From the NCBI GenBank assembly GCA_019058445.1, contig JAHPZA010000003.1:96001-160000 (forward strand): a stretch of DNA of 64,000 nt. Reading direction: 5' to 3'. A program made the translations under genes and the position numbers. Shown here one piece after another: positions 1 through 9,688 of this stretch (within the stretch, counting starts at the first letter, position 1; the number at the start of each line of letters is the position of its first letter). The notes beneath the pieces are model-generated. The model was not told where the DNA came from. It saw nothing but the letters and a program-made list of their open reading frames with translations, and did no database searches. Source of the DNA: Promethearchaeota archaeon (GTDB lineage Archaea > Asgardarchaeota > Lokiarchaeia > Sigyniarchaeales > SOKP01).

Positions 1-1030
1 AGGGGATGAAGGCAAAATTCGAGACTATATCAGAGAAATTGTTGCACCATATTGCGATAAAATTGAGATGGATATTTTAGGAAATTTATTTTGTTTTATT
101 TTTGGAAAAGCCGCCAAAGAAGAGTCTAAATTAAAAATATTATTAGACGCTCACATGGATGAGATCGGATTCATGGTACGTTATATTGATAAAAATGGAT
201 TCATTAGATTTTCTCAAGTTGGAGGACATAACCCACGCATTCTCCCCGGTCAAAAAGTCACCATCCATTCAAGTTCTGGGGAAGAAATAATTGGTATTAT
301 TGGAGAAACCCCTATTCACCTAATAAAACAGGAAGAGAGAAAAAAACCCATCAAATTGGAGGAATTATTTATTGATGTAGGAATGGCAAATGCTGATGAG
401 GTTAAGAATAGTATATCCGTTGGGGATTATATCATTTTAAAGCAAGAATGCATAGCATTTAAGGGAAATGAGAGAATTTGCTCAAAATCATTTGATGATA
501 GAGCAGGCTGTTTCATTCTCATTAAACTCATAATGGCGCTTGCCAAGGATAAAGAACTGCTAGATAAGGATTTAATTTTCGAATTTGCGGCTCAAGAAGA
601 AATTGGCGTTAGGGGTTCAACAGTAGGTGCTTATAAAATTTTCCCAGATATTGGGATTGTAGTAGAAGTTTCTCATGCAATAGACTTTCCAGGGATAAGT
701 AAAGATAAACATCATGATTGTTCATTAGGTTCAGGAGTATCAATAAGAATTGGGCCAAATTTATATCCTAAACTTACAAAGCTATTGATTAATACTTCAA
801 AGGAAGAACAAATCCCGTTTACTTTAATCGCTGAACCTCGTCCCACACCAACTGATGCTAGGGCAATTCAAGTAACAAAATCTGGAATACCGTGTGCCTT
901 GGTTTCAGTACCTTTAAGATATATGCATACGAATGTAGAAGTCATTGAATATCAAGACTTATTACATACAGTTAGTCTACTTAAATCCTTTCTCATGAAA
1001 GATTTAAAATCTGCAATTACTAACCTTTAG
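1..1030 (+). CDS. M42 family metallopeptidase (TET/FrvX-like aminopeptidase), 5' end outside the window
   Basis: AHMDEIG, SFDDRAG, QEEIG and PLRYMHT motifs. The frame is open from position 2 (GDEGKIRDYIRE...), so the true start lies upstream. Confidence 0.92.
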   Translation, partial: GDEGKIRDYIREIVAPYCDKIEMDILGNLFCFIFGKAAKEESKLKILLDAHMDEIGFMVRYIDKNGFIRFSQVGGHNPRILPGQKVTIHSSSGEEIIGIIGETPIHLIKQEERKKPIKLEELFIDVGMANADEVKNSISVGDYIILKQECIAFKGNERICSKSFDDRAGCFILIKLIMALAKDKELLDKDLIFEFAAQEEIGVRGSTVGAYKIFPDIGIVVEVSHAIDFPGISKDKHHDCSLGSGVSIRIGPNLYPKLTKLLINTSKEEQIPFTLIAEPRPTPTDARAIQVTKSGIPCALVSVPLRYMHTNVEVIEYQDLLHTVSLLKSFLMKDLKSAITNL

Positions 1031-1041
1031 CTATTACTAGG

Positions 1042-1647
1042 TTAATCTTTCATAAATAATTCTTTAGTTTTGAGCAATTTGCCAAAATAGACTAGCGTGG
1101 GTTCAATAGAATCCTCTTCTTTTATTCCAGTTAATACGATTTTACCATTATTAAAAACTAAAAAGACGCACTTTACAGGAATTTTAGATTTATGTATAAT
1201 CGCAGGAAACACTTCTGGTTCATACATCGTATTTTCAAGTCGAATCGCTGCCAAATCCAAGTCAATTTTATCATCAAGTTCGGCCGTTGTGACTATATTC
1301 ACAATTTCTGATTTTACTGACTTTATATTAATCTTAATTTTAATTTTGGATTTAAACTCAGTTATAATACGCGAGATTATTATATCAACGTTATTAAAAG
1401 ATTTTAAACCACTCAAAATCATTTTACCGTTTCTAAATATGATAGCGACACACTTAGGATCTAACATTCTTAAAAATAATCCGGGAAATCGCTTTTTATC
1501 ATATTCTACATTGTTAAAGGTTCTTGTTATTTTTTCAAGATCAAGAGGTAGATCTGGATTTATACCTAATTCTACTTTAACTACAATGTTTTGAACAGTA
1601 TAAGTTAAGCTCCTTGTTTCTTCTTTGGATTTCTTTTTTATTTCCAT
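1042..1647 (-). CDS. tbp: TATA-box binding protein (divergent paralog)
   Basis: Two TBP repeats: QNIV..YDKKRFPGLFLR..IFRNGKMILSG and VNIV..YEPEVFPAII..VFNNGKIVLTG. ATG at 1647 preferred over GTG at 1665. Confidence 0.9.
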   Translation of the reverse strand: MEIKKKSKEETRSLTYTVQNIVVKVELGINPDLPLDLEKITRTFNNVEYDKKRFPGLFLRMLDPKCVAIIFRNGKMILSGLKSFNNVDIIISRIITEFKSKIKIKINIKSVKSEIVNIVTTAELDDKIDLDLAAIRLENTMYEPEVFPAIIHKSKIPVKCVFLVFNNGKIVLTGIKEEDSIEPTLVYFGKLLKTKELFMKD

Positions 1648-1834
1648 TGAGATGTAGTTGAACACTAATTATAACTCAGAAACTATTTCTAGTAATATTA
1701 AGATCATTTCATATTTAACATTACTTCTTGAGGTGAATTAAAATTAATATTAAATAAGAACAACACTTTTTCTATGTACACGTTTATCATTATTTAATAC
1801 TTATTTTAAATAAAAATCAATTTTAACAAGTGTC

Positions 1835-3175
1835 ATGAACCCACTTACCAAAAAGAAAATTTCCTTATGGATAATACTATCGATAAATCTAATTATCGCA
1901 TTTATTATTGGCTTGGCAATTCCTGTAATGAAATCAACTCTCTATGTTTCACTCGGAATTGTTCTAATTTTAGCACTAATGGTTTTAAACTTCCTTCTTC
2001 TAGAATTTTTACAGAATGAATATGAAACTTCAATTATTTATGAGAAAACATTGATCTGGGCATTTTTATCTCTTAATTTTTTATTTGCTTTTATAATGGG
2101 TTTTACAATTCCCTTTATGGAATCGAACGCGAAATATAACATGGGTATTGTCATGCTGCCACTTTTGGTGATTCTTAATTATATTATTGTTGATAGATTT
2201 CATTATTACCTCAAAAACGCTTCTAATTCTGATGAAATAAATAAAATTAGGGATAATGAGCAAACTCAAGAGACGATTAATATTAAAGCAAAAACGAATG
2301 GTTCCAGAGAAAAGAGAACAGTAATCGAATTTAATGGAAAAACCTATATTTTCTCAGTTAGGTCGCTTATTATATTAGCTGTTGGCGCCCCTCTATTATC
2401 ATATGGAATTTACCAATTCTTTGATATGCCAATTAATTATTGGCTCCACGAAATCGTGGTAAAACAAACAGTTTTCTTTTTAAATCTCTTATTTAATATG
2501 GGAGTAGGAACAGATTATGTTCCTGTTGGAATGCACCATTGGAGCTTTACCATCCCTAATAAAGGAAATATTTATTTTCAAACGTTTTGTACAGGAGTAC
2601 AAGCGATATGTGTCTTTGCCGGGATTATTATTTGCATACCACATTCGCAAGATCCTAAAACAAAGGAAGATATAATTTGGCGAAAAACGAAAGCATTAAT
2701 CATATCATCGGTAATATTTTATGTTGTGAATATAATAAGGATGGTGATTCAAATTTATTTATATTACATCGGATATGCGTGGGAGGATATCCACTATTCC
2801 ATCAGCGCCGCCAGTTCATTTATTGCAGCAATAATCATTCTCTTATTACATAAATGGATTCCAGAGTTCATTATTTCCATAATATATTTAGGAGCATTAG
2901 TGAATAAGAGAATTAAAGACAATCGCAAGGCTAATATTATTGAAATGGTTGAAGTTACCAATAATGTGCCTCTTAGTATAATGAGAAAAGTCTTAGTGAT
3001 GGAAAAGAAAACGTATATCAATGATATGATTCCATGGGCAGAGAAATTCGGATATATAATCGAAGGTGATTCATTAAAAATACCTGAGGATCGCACTGAA
3101 AGGTTTATAGAGATGTTAAATTGGGAGGACCCATTTGTTTCCAAAGAAACTCAGAAGAAACAAGAAAAACCGTGA
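1835..3175 (+). CDS. Archaeosortase/exosortase-family intramembrane transpeptidase (archaeosortase H-like) with extra N-terminal TM repeat and C-terminal soluble domain
   Basis: Multi-TM protein with the catalytic triad pattern FCTG (Cys), NIIR (Arg) and EDIHY (His). Confidence 0.8.
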   Translation: MNPLTKKKISLWIILSINLIIAFIIGLAIPVMKSTLYVSLGIVLILALMVLNFLLLEFLQNEYETSIIYEKTLIWAFLSLNFLFAFIMGFTIPFMESNAKYNMGIVMLPLLVILNYIIVDRFHYYLKNASNSDEINKIRDNEQTQETINIKAKTNGSREKRTVIEFNGKTYIFSVRSLIILAVGAPLLSYGIYQFFDMPINYWLHEIVVKQTVFFLNLLFNMGVGTDYVPVGMHHWSFTIPNKGNIYFQTFCTGVQAICVFAGIIICIPHSQDPKTKEDIIWRKTKALIISSVIFYVVNIIRMVIQIYLYYIGYAWEDIHYSISAASSFIAAIIILLLHKWIPEFIISIIYLGALVNKRIKDNRKANIIEMVEVTNNVPLSIMRKVLVMEKKTYINDMIPWAEKFGYIIEGDSLKIPEDRTERFIEMLNWEDPFVSKETQKKQEKP

Positions 3176-3306
3176 TGAATAAGGTTAACTAAGTTCGGTA
3201 TTCTGATTTTTCTTTATTACTTAATATTTGTTAACGACTAGACAAAAATTTTCAAAATTTTTCCATTAATCGAAATGACGCAAGAATTATCTTAATATTA
3301 GGATTT

Positions 3307-4038
3307 TTAGAATATTTTATTTGAGAATTGATCCAGATGGACAAAGTCGCTCAATTCCCTCCGGTATTTTGTTCCACTTTTCCCAAATTTTCTCTCATAT
3401 CCAAGTCGAAATATCAATAACAACCGATAATCTTTTTCGGGAATGTGTAGAATTTTTCTAATTTTACGGACGGATTCGATATTCATCAATTGACCACTTA
3501 CGAGTTGTGCGCTTATTCCGAGATTATTTGCAGCGAGCCATATATTTTGCATTACGCCGCCAATACTCATTATGCCCCATAAATGCTTTAGCGAACCAAC
3601 TCCGGGTCGTTTTTGATTGTAAAGAATAAACAATAATACTTGCGAATTTTGAATTAATGCGGAATATAAATACATTGATTTCCTCCAAAATTCGTCGTCT
3701 TCAACCAGTTTCGGATTAGTCTGTAAATCCATAACAAACTTAGGTAAAACATCGACATAAACTCCGTCTTTTTTAGTTTCAAGTTCTTCTATGGTGTGGC
3801 GAACCCAGTAGAAATGTTCATCAACTTCCTTTTTGTTGAGCCTAAAACCTACTTCAGAGAGTTGCCTTTTAACCTCCTCGTCCTTTACAACAATTATTTC
3901 AAATGGTTGCGAATTATGAGGTGTTGGCGCGAAACGGGCTGCTTCAAGAATCTTTTTCAATTCAGAATCAGGAATCGGTTTTTTTGAAAACATCCATCTC
4001 GAACTCCTCCTAAATTTAACTAACTCTTCAAATTCCAT
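3307..4038 (-). CDS. Nitroreductase family flavoprotein
   Basis: RRSSR, ARFAPTPHNSQPF and QNIWLAA..LGI motifs. Confidence 0.88.
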   Translation of the reverse strand: MEFEELVKFRRSSRWMFSKKPIPDSELKKILEAARFAPTPHNSQPFEIIVVKDEEVKRQLSEVGFRLNKKEVDEHFYWVRHTIEELETKKDGVYVDVLPKFVMDLQTNPKLVEDDEFWRKSMYLYSALIQNSQVLLFILYNQKRPGVGSLKHLWGIMSIGGVMQNIWLAANNLGISAQLVSGQLMNIESVRKIRKILHIPEKDYRLLLIFRLGYERKFGKSGTKYRRELSDFVHLDQFSNKIF

Positions 4039-4048
4039 TACGCTTCAC

Positions 4049-4100
4049 GATAGCAATATTTGAAATTATATAAGGATAGTAATATTTGAAATTATATAAG
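4049..4100. repeat. 26-bp tandem duplication containing a BRE/TATA-like element (GAAATTATATAAG) between divergent genes
   Basis: gatagcaatatttgaaattatataag (4049-4074) and gatagtaatatttgaaattatataag (4075-4100), 1 mismatch. Confidence 0.9.
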
Positions 4101-4151
4101 AAGGTTAAGAATTCAACAAATTCAATAAATAATAATAATTATTGATCCTTA

Positions 4152-5054
4152 ATGTTAGAATTTAATAAAGACCAAAAAGTAATTCAAATTGGAAAGGTAA
4201 ACATGGGCGGTCAACCCGGTGAAAATCCGACTGTAATGATCGGAACTGTGTTTTACGCGAAACATCCCGCCTTACTGGATGAGAAAACCGGCAAATTTGA
4301 TAAAAAATTAGTGGAAAATGAAGTACACGAATTTATTGAGATCGTTGAAGATACGGGTATGCAAGCAATCGTCGATGTAGTAGGGAGTTATCCAGATGCG
4401 CTTGTAAAGGAATGCGAATATATTGCGGATTTAACTGAATATCCATTTTTAGTGGATGGGTTAAATGATACTAGCAGGATTCCAGCAATGGAAGGGCTCA
4501 AAGAAATTGGATTATTAGATAGAGCTATACTAAATAGTGTTGATGAGAATACTTCGAATGAAAGTGTAAATAAACTTAAAGAAATAGGAGTTAAACATGC
4601 TGTACTTTTAACATTTGGAAATAGATATATTTTTCCTCATCAAAAGTTGCATTTATTACAAGAAAAATTGTTGGTTAATGCTGAAAAGGCTAATATCGAA
4701 AATGTGATTGTTGATACTGCCGTTTTAGATTTACCTTCTGTGGCTATAAATGTAGAAACCACTCGTTTAATAAAAGAGGAGCTAGGATTACCCACGGGAT
4801 TTGCCCCTGCTAATGCAATTTACGGATGGAATTATGTGAAAAAACATGGAGAATCCGCAAGATGTGGTGCAATTGCATCTATTATGACCTATTGTGCAGA
4901 TGCGGGAAGTGATTTTATTCTATTTGGACCCGTAAAATTTGCGAAATGTGTTGTTCCCTCAATTGCCATGATTAGTGGTATCAATGCATACTATAGAAAG
5001 AGGATATTAAGAAAACCTATATCTGATCAAACACCATTTAAAAAGATTTTCTGA
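4152..5054 (+). CDS. mtrH: MtrH-family pterin:corrinoid methyltransferase (stand-alone)
   Basis: GGQPGENPTVMIGTVFY N-terminus, RAILNS, GLPTG.APANA and DFILFGP motifs. Confidence 0.88.
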   Translation: MLEFNKDQKVIQIGKVNMGGQPGENPTVMIGTVFYAKHPALLDEKTGKFDKKLVENEVHEFIEIVEDTGMQAIVDVVGSYPDALVKECEYIADLTEYPFLVDGLNDTSRIPAMEGLKEIGLLDRAILNSVDENTSNESVNKLKEIGVKHAVLLTFGNRYIFPHQKLHLLQEKLLVNAEKANIENVIVDTAVLDLPSVAINVETTRLIKEELGLPTGFAPANAIYGWNYVKKHGESARCGAIASIMTYCADAGSDFILFGPVKFAKCVVPSIAMISGINAYYRKRILRKPISDQTPFKKIF

Positions 5055-5059
5055 GTCTT

Positions 5060-6574
5060 TTAGGAGATGTATCTTAAAAGTAAATCGCCAGTTCGATACA
5101 TAAAGTCGGGCATTAATTCATTTATCCTATCTTTTTTAATCTCATCATCCATTAAGAACAAGACAAAGAAATCATAATCTGCGATTCGTATTTTTTTAAA
5201 TAAGATTACGGAATCTGCAATTTTAAAAATAGATTCATCTTGCTTTAGAGCCCGAAATTCTGAAAAAATTTTATATAACATCGTAAATTGAGGTGCTGTA
5301 ATCTCAAAAATGTTTCTTAATTTACCATCATCAGCTTCCTCTCCAGGTGGTCGTATTTCTGATGATTTTAGCGCTTTCCATGAAAAAAAATCTGCTAATA
5401 CTAATCCCTCATTATTTAATAATAAAGATAAAGAAATATCTGCGCGGTTTGAAAATCTTTGGAGAATTAAATTAATTAATTTCCTATTAGGACTTAATTT
5501 TGAAATGCCCGAAGAAAAGGCTTGTAAAATACTAAAAATTGAAAATATACTGGTTATAAATATCTCAGGTTTCTTACTTGAGACAATCTCAATTAATTTT
5601 GCTTTTATATATTGAATATTTTCTTTAATTTCTTGGTTATTTACAATATCCTTATCTCCTTTAGAGAAAATAAATATAATAGGAGTATTCATCTTAAATT
5701 CTTTTAGCGCCACCATTATTTTTTGAAAATATTCAATACTTTCTTCAAATCGGGCTTTATTTTTAATATCAATAAAGTAAAAAAGGAGATCAGTTTCATA
5801 TAAATAAATTTGAGATTTTGTTAAATATTTTTGTCTCGAAGCTATTTGTCCACCTAAGTCCCATAAAAAAATAGAGGCTCCGAGTGCTTGTATGGATGTA
5901 ACATTAGCTCCTATAGTAGGTTTTAAACCGATTAGTTTAGAATATTTTCTATCAATAGACAATAAAAACGAGGTTTTCCCGCTGTCGTCAAGACCCGCAA
6001 AAACGACTTTAATTCTTGTTGCATGGGTAATTGGAGCGTATGGTTTTTTTTCTATTTCGATTAATTTTAAGAGTAAATCCTTAAAAAATGGTTCCATCAT
6101 TTCAGGAGATTTATACCCATTTGAAATTTCAAGATCCAATTTTAAGAGAAAGTTAAAGACCAGTGATTTAAGTTGAGTTAGATTATTATATAAAAAACTC
6201 CTCCTATTTCTATCAACCAGAATGGAAAAAGACGCGGCAGTGGGTTCCTTAGAGGTTTTAAATCTAATGAAATGAAAGATAGTCAAGGAAGTAAGATTAA
6301 AATCCGGAAACGGCAATATTGCAAAGTATGGTGCTTTATCTGGGTCCTTATGTAATTCGATATACTCTTGATCTCCAGCCATCATGCTTAGATTTTTTAT
6401 GGAAATCTGCGTATAATCTCTGTAGCTTAACTTAACTACATTTTCTAATTTTGATTGTTCTGCTTCTTCTTCAGAAACCTCTTTAGGAAACATATATATA
6501 GGTTGCGGACCAAATTTATCAAAAGCTGAAAAGAGAAGCCCTTCAATGACCGAATTTTCGATTAAATCTTCCAT
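5060..6574 (-). CDS. uDENN/longin - Rag/Arf-like small GTPase - roadblock fusion
   Basis: N-terminal FSAFDKFGPQP, G1 GLDDSGKTS, G3 WDLGGQ, atypical G4 SKGD, Rag-like TSIF..LSPN helix and C-terminal LLLNNEGLVLA. Confidence 0.8.
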   Translation of the reverse strand: MEDLIENSVIEGLLFSAFDKFGPQPIYMFPKEVSEEEAEQSKLENVVKLSYRDYTQISIKNLSMMAGDQEYIELHKDPDKAPYFAILPFPDFNLTSLTIFHFIRFKTSKEPTAASFSILVDRNRRSFLYNNLTQLKSLVFNFLLKLDLEISNGYKSPEMMEPFFKDLLLKLIEIEKKPYAPITHATRIKVVFAGLDDSGKTSFLLSIDRKYSKLIGLKPTIGANVTSIQALGASIFLWDLGGQIASRQKYLTKSQIYLYETDLLFYFIDIKNKARFEESIEYFQKIMVALKEFKMNTPIIFIFSKGDKDIVNNQEIKENIQYIKAKLIEIVSSKKPEIFITSIFSIFSILQAFSSGISKLSPNRKLINLILQRFSNRADISLSLLLNNEGLVLADFFSWKALKSSEIRPPGEEADDGKLRNIFEITAPQFTMLYKIFSEFRALKQDESIFKIADSVILFKKIRIADYDFFVLFLMDDEIKKDRINELMPDFMYRTGDLLLRYIS

Positions 6575-6665
6575 TCCTTAGAGTTATTCATATTATTTAA
6601 TTTTAAAACGCCTATAATATTTTAAAGAAAAGATAATTATAAATTGTTTTATATAAGAAATATAG

Positions 6666-7634
6666 ATGTTAGAAAAAATTGTTGAAAGTATAAGGAACAA
6701 TAAAACTATCCTTGAAAAAAAAGAACTCACACCTATTCTTACTTTTATTGAGGCAAATTCATTTAAAAATTGGGATCGTATTCACTCAGATATAGGTGAG
6801 GATTCGGCAGCTATAAAGTTTAATGAGAGTTATATTTTAATCACTACTGACAGAATTAGAACAGAATTCGTAGAAAATTTTCCATATGGTGCAGGTTTTA
6901 GCTCCATATTAGTAAGTATAGATGATATTTATGCCTGTGGTGGAGTTCCATTAGCTGCAAGTTTAATCATTTCCTATAATGACGAAGATAAGGGAAAAAA
7001 GATTTTAGAAGGAATTTGTGATGCTTCTAAGAAATTTCATGTTCCTATTGTACGAGGGCATACAAAAGTTCGGGGAAAAAATTATGAATTGAGTTCTACT
7101 ATGATAGGGGAAATTAATAAAGATGATTATATCTCTGCTCGAAATGCACAAGTGGAAGATAATATCATTTTAACAGTTGATTATGATGGAAAAGTAGGTA
7201 AAGCAAGTAAATATTACTTTGATACAGTTACCTTTAAAAGCTCAGAGCAAGTTTTAAAAAGAAGAGAAGCAATGAATATAATAGCAAAAAAACACCTTGC
7301 CCATTCTTCTAAGGATATCTCGAATAGTGGGATATTTGGTACGATTTTACAACTAATACAATATTCTGGAGTAGGAGCAAATGTTAATATTAATAAAATA
7401 AACATACCTCCTATATTAGCAGAACTAAACTATACTTTAGATATGTATATCAAAATGTATTTAACTACATCATATATTCTAACTGCTCCCAAACAAAATT
7501 GTGATGAAATAGTAGAAATTTTTGAGCATTATGGATTAACTGCAAATATTATAGGAAAAATCATAAAAACCAAAAATCTCTTAAGACTTAATGAGGGAGA
7601 TGAATCTAACTCGGTTGATGTAATCAAGTTTTAA
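6666..7634 (+). CDS. AIR synthase (PurM-like) superfamily protein, methanogenesis marker 2/sll0787-like
   Basis: IGEDSAAI, DDIYACGG.P, RGHT and KDISNSG motifs. Confidence 0.8.
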   Translation: MLEKIVESIRNNKTILEKKELTPILTFIEANSFKNWDRIHSDIGEDSAAIKFNESYILITTDRIRTEFVENFPYGAGFSSILVSIDDIYACGGVPLAASLIISYNDEDKGKKILEGICDASKKFHVPIVRGHTKVRGKNYELSSTMIGEINKDDYISARNAQVEDNIILTVDYDGKVGKASKYYFDTVTFKSSEQVLKRREAMNIIAKKHLAHSSKDISNSGIFGTILQLIQYSGVGANVNINKINIPPILAELNYTLDMYIKMYLTTSYILTAPKQNCDEIVEIFEHYGLTANIIGKIIKTKNLLRLNEGDESNSVDVIKF

Positions 7635-7682
7635 AAGAGAAATGGATAAAAATAAAATTTAAAAAAATTTAGTATAAATAAT

Positions 7683-8177
7683 ATGATATTTTTAGAGTGT
7701 TTAATACCAGACCACCCTGGAAGTTTAATAGAATTAATCAAACCTATCTCTAATAATCATGGGAATATTTATGGGATATTACATTTCCACGATAGAAAAA
7801 AAGAGAATATGATTCCAGTGAGTGTTAATTTTGAAATTCCGGAAGAATTAATCGAAGCAAGCTTAGAAAGACTTAAAAAGGAACTTACGGAAAAGAATAT
7901 TCATATTGAAAAGTTAACTATGGGAGATAAAACAAGACAAGATTTAATAGTTATATTAACGGGACATGTTTTTGACACAGATATAGTTGACACGATAAAA
8001 CGTCTTGCTGCAAAAAATATTAAAGTTCCAGAATTGCAAGCCAAATTCACGGAAATTTCTGAAATTAGTAATGTAAAACTAAAATTGGTGTACCCAGAGT
8101 CTATGACTGAACATGATTTAATACAAGAGATTTCTTCAATATGTAAGGAAAAAAATTTATTTTTAATTAGAACTTAA
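7683..8177 (+). CDS. Double ACT-domain protein (archaeal homoserine dehydrogenase-associated regulator)
   Basis: DHPGSL..PIS..GNI and GHVFDTDIVDTI; lies upstream of hom. Confidence 0.8.
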   Translation: MIFLECLIPDHPGSLIELIKPISNNHGNIYGILHFHDRKKENMIPVSVNFEIPEELIEASLERLKKELTEKNIHIEKLTMGDKTRQDLIVILTGHVFDTDIVDTIKRLAAKNIKVPELQAKFTEISEISNVKLKLVYPESMTEHDLIQEISSICKEKNLFLIRT

Positions 8178-8201
8178 CTAGAAAATAGGATTAGTTGAAA
8201 T

Positions 8202-8375
8202 ATGGCTAGCAAGAAAAAAAAGAAGGTAAAAAATAGCAAGATTCCAAGTGGTAAAATTAAATGCCCTGATTGCGAAAAGATTATTGAAGAAGGATTAACA
8301 TTCTGTCCGGAATGTGGAAATAGAATTCCTCCATGGGCCAAATTTAATCCAGATTCTACTCCTGGTATTCTTTAA
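8202..8375 (+). CDS. 57-aa basic zinc-ribbon protein (not in ORF track)
   Basis: My translation: MASKKKKKVKNSKIPSGKIKCPDCEKIIEEGLTFCPECGNRIPPWAKFNPDSTPGIL. It has CxxC-x10-FCxxCG, an ATG start and a TAA stop. Confidence 0.85.
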   Translation: MASKKKKKVKNSKIPSGKIKCPDCEKIIEEGLTFCPECGNRIPPWAKFNPDSTPGIL

Positions 8376-8559
8376 ATTTTTTATCTTGCTAATCGAATCT
8401 TATTTAAACCTCAATAATGGTAAGAAAAAGAGTTTCAATATTTATTACAAATTAATTTTTAACATAATTAATTATTTAATATTATCTATTCTTAAAATTC
8501 AAGAATACATCAAACAAAATGAATTAAAATTGTATAAATCTGATTTCACGGTGAATAGT

Positions 8560-9576
8560 ATGGAAATTAAAATTGCTTTAATAGGATATGGAAATGTTGG
8601 TGCGAGTTTACTAAAAATTTTAAAAGAAAAACGGCAATTACTTAAGAATAATTTTAATATGAATTATAAGGTAATTGCAATTTTTGAATACGATGGTGCC
8701 TTAATTAAGAAAGATGGGATTGACATTGACTCACTTTTAAAAAAGGGAGATAATTATAGAGAATTACCATTTTGGAAAGATGGTATAACTTTTACAAACG
8801 AGTTAATCTCTACAATCGGGATAAATCTCTGCATAGAGGCAACGCCTACCAATCCCGACACAGGTGAACCTGCTCTCTCACATATAAAAATCGCTCTAAA
8901 TAACGGAATAGATGTTGTTGCTTCAAATAAAGGTCCTTTTTATTTGGAATACGATAAAATCAAAAAGTTAGCAAAAGAAAATAACAGTTATGTAAATTAT
9001 GAAGCGACTGTTGCAAGTTGCGTACCAATTTTATCATTAAAGAATAATTTAATTGGAAATACGATTACTCAAATAAAAGCAATATTGAATGGTACTTGTA
9101 ATTATATACTCAGTCGAATGACTGCTGAGGGTATCCCCTTCGATATTGCTTTAAAAGAGGCGCAAGAATTAGGATTTGCAGAAGCAAATCCGAGTTTGGA
9201 TATAGATGGTTGGGATGCAGCCGGAAAATTAGTAATCTTAGCAAATGAATTACTTGGATGGTCTAAATCGATAAAAGATGTAGATGTAAGAGGAATCAGT
9301 GGAATAACTCCCCAAGCAATCGAGTTAGCTAAATCTGATGGTTATGTAATTAAACACTTAGCTATTGCGGAAAATGATAAATTGCTAGTAGAGCCTCGCT
9401 TACTTGAAAGAAATTCCCCCCTAAATATCTCAGGAACATTAAACGTTATTGAATTATTGACTGATTACGCGGGACCTATTGTATTGATGGGAAGGGGTGC
9501 AGGAGGGTTCGAGGCTGCCTCTGCAATATTAAACGGTTTGATTGATATTGCTAAAAAACGAGGATATGCGAAATAA
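8560..9576 (+). CDS. hom: Homoserine dehydrogenase
   Basis: IALIGYGNVG, SNKGP, YEATV and LNGTCNYIL..EAQELGFAEANP..DIDGWDAAGK. True start taken as ATG 8560, not 8314. Confidence 0.95.
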   Translation: MEIKIALIGYGNVGASLLKILKEKRQLLKNNFNMNYKVIAIFEYDGALIKKDGIDIDSLLKKGDNYRELPFWKDGITFTNELISTIGINLCIEATPTNPDTGEPALSHIKIALNNGIDVVASNKGPFYLEYDKIKKLAKENNSYVNYEATVASCVPILSLKNNLIGNTITQIKAILNGTCNYILSRMTAEGIPFDIALKEAQELGFAEANPSLDIDGWDAAGKLVILANELLGWSKSIKDVDVRGISGITPQAIELAKSDGYVIKHLAIAENDKLLVEPRLLERNSPLNISGTLNVIELLTDYAGPIVLMGRGAGGFEAASAILNGLIDIAKKRGYAK

Positions 9577-9688
9577 AGATCTTATTTTAATTTCATTATA
9601 GTTTTATTTAAAGGCATCATTAAAACCAAATTTATTTTTAATATCGAAAACAAATATAAAATTATTAGCAAAAAGAGGAATTCATATA

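Noticed and set aside
1097-1594. 165-aa ORF antisense to tbp, and similar shadow ORFs (e.g. 2794-3144, 28932-29420, 47079-47441, 59435-59815)
   Set aside because: They lie fully antisense to well-supported genes and have the Ser/Phe/Ile-rich composition typical of reverse-strand shadows.
8314-8559. 82-codon N-terminal extension of homoserine dehydrogenase in the ORF track
   Set aside because: It overlaps the real zinc-ribbon ORF and AT-rich intergenic DNA; homology begins at MEIKIALIG (8560).
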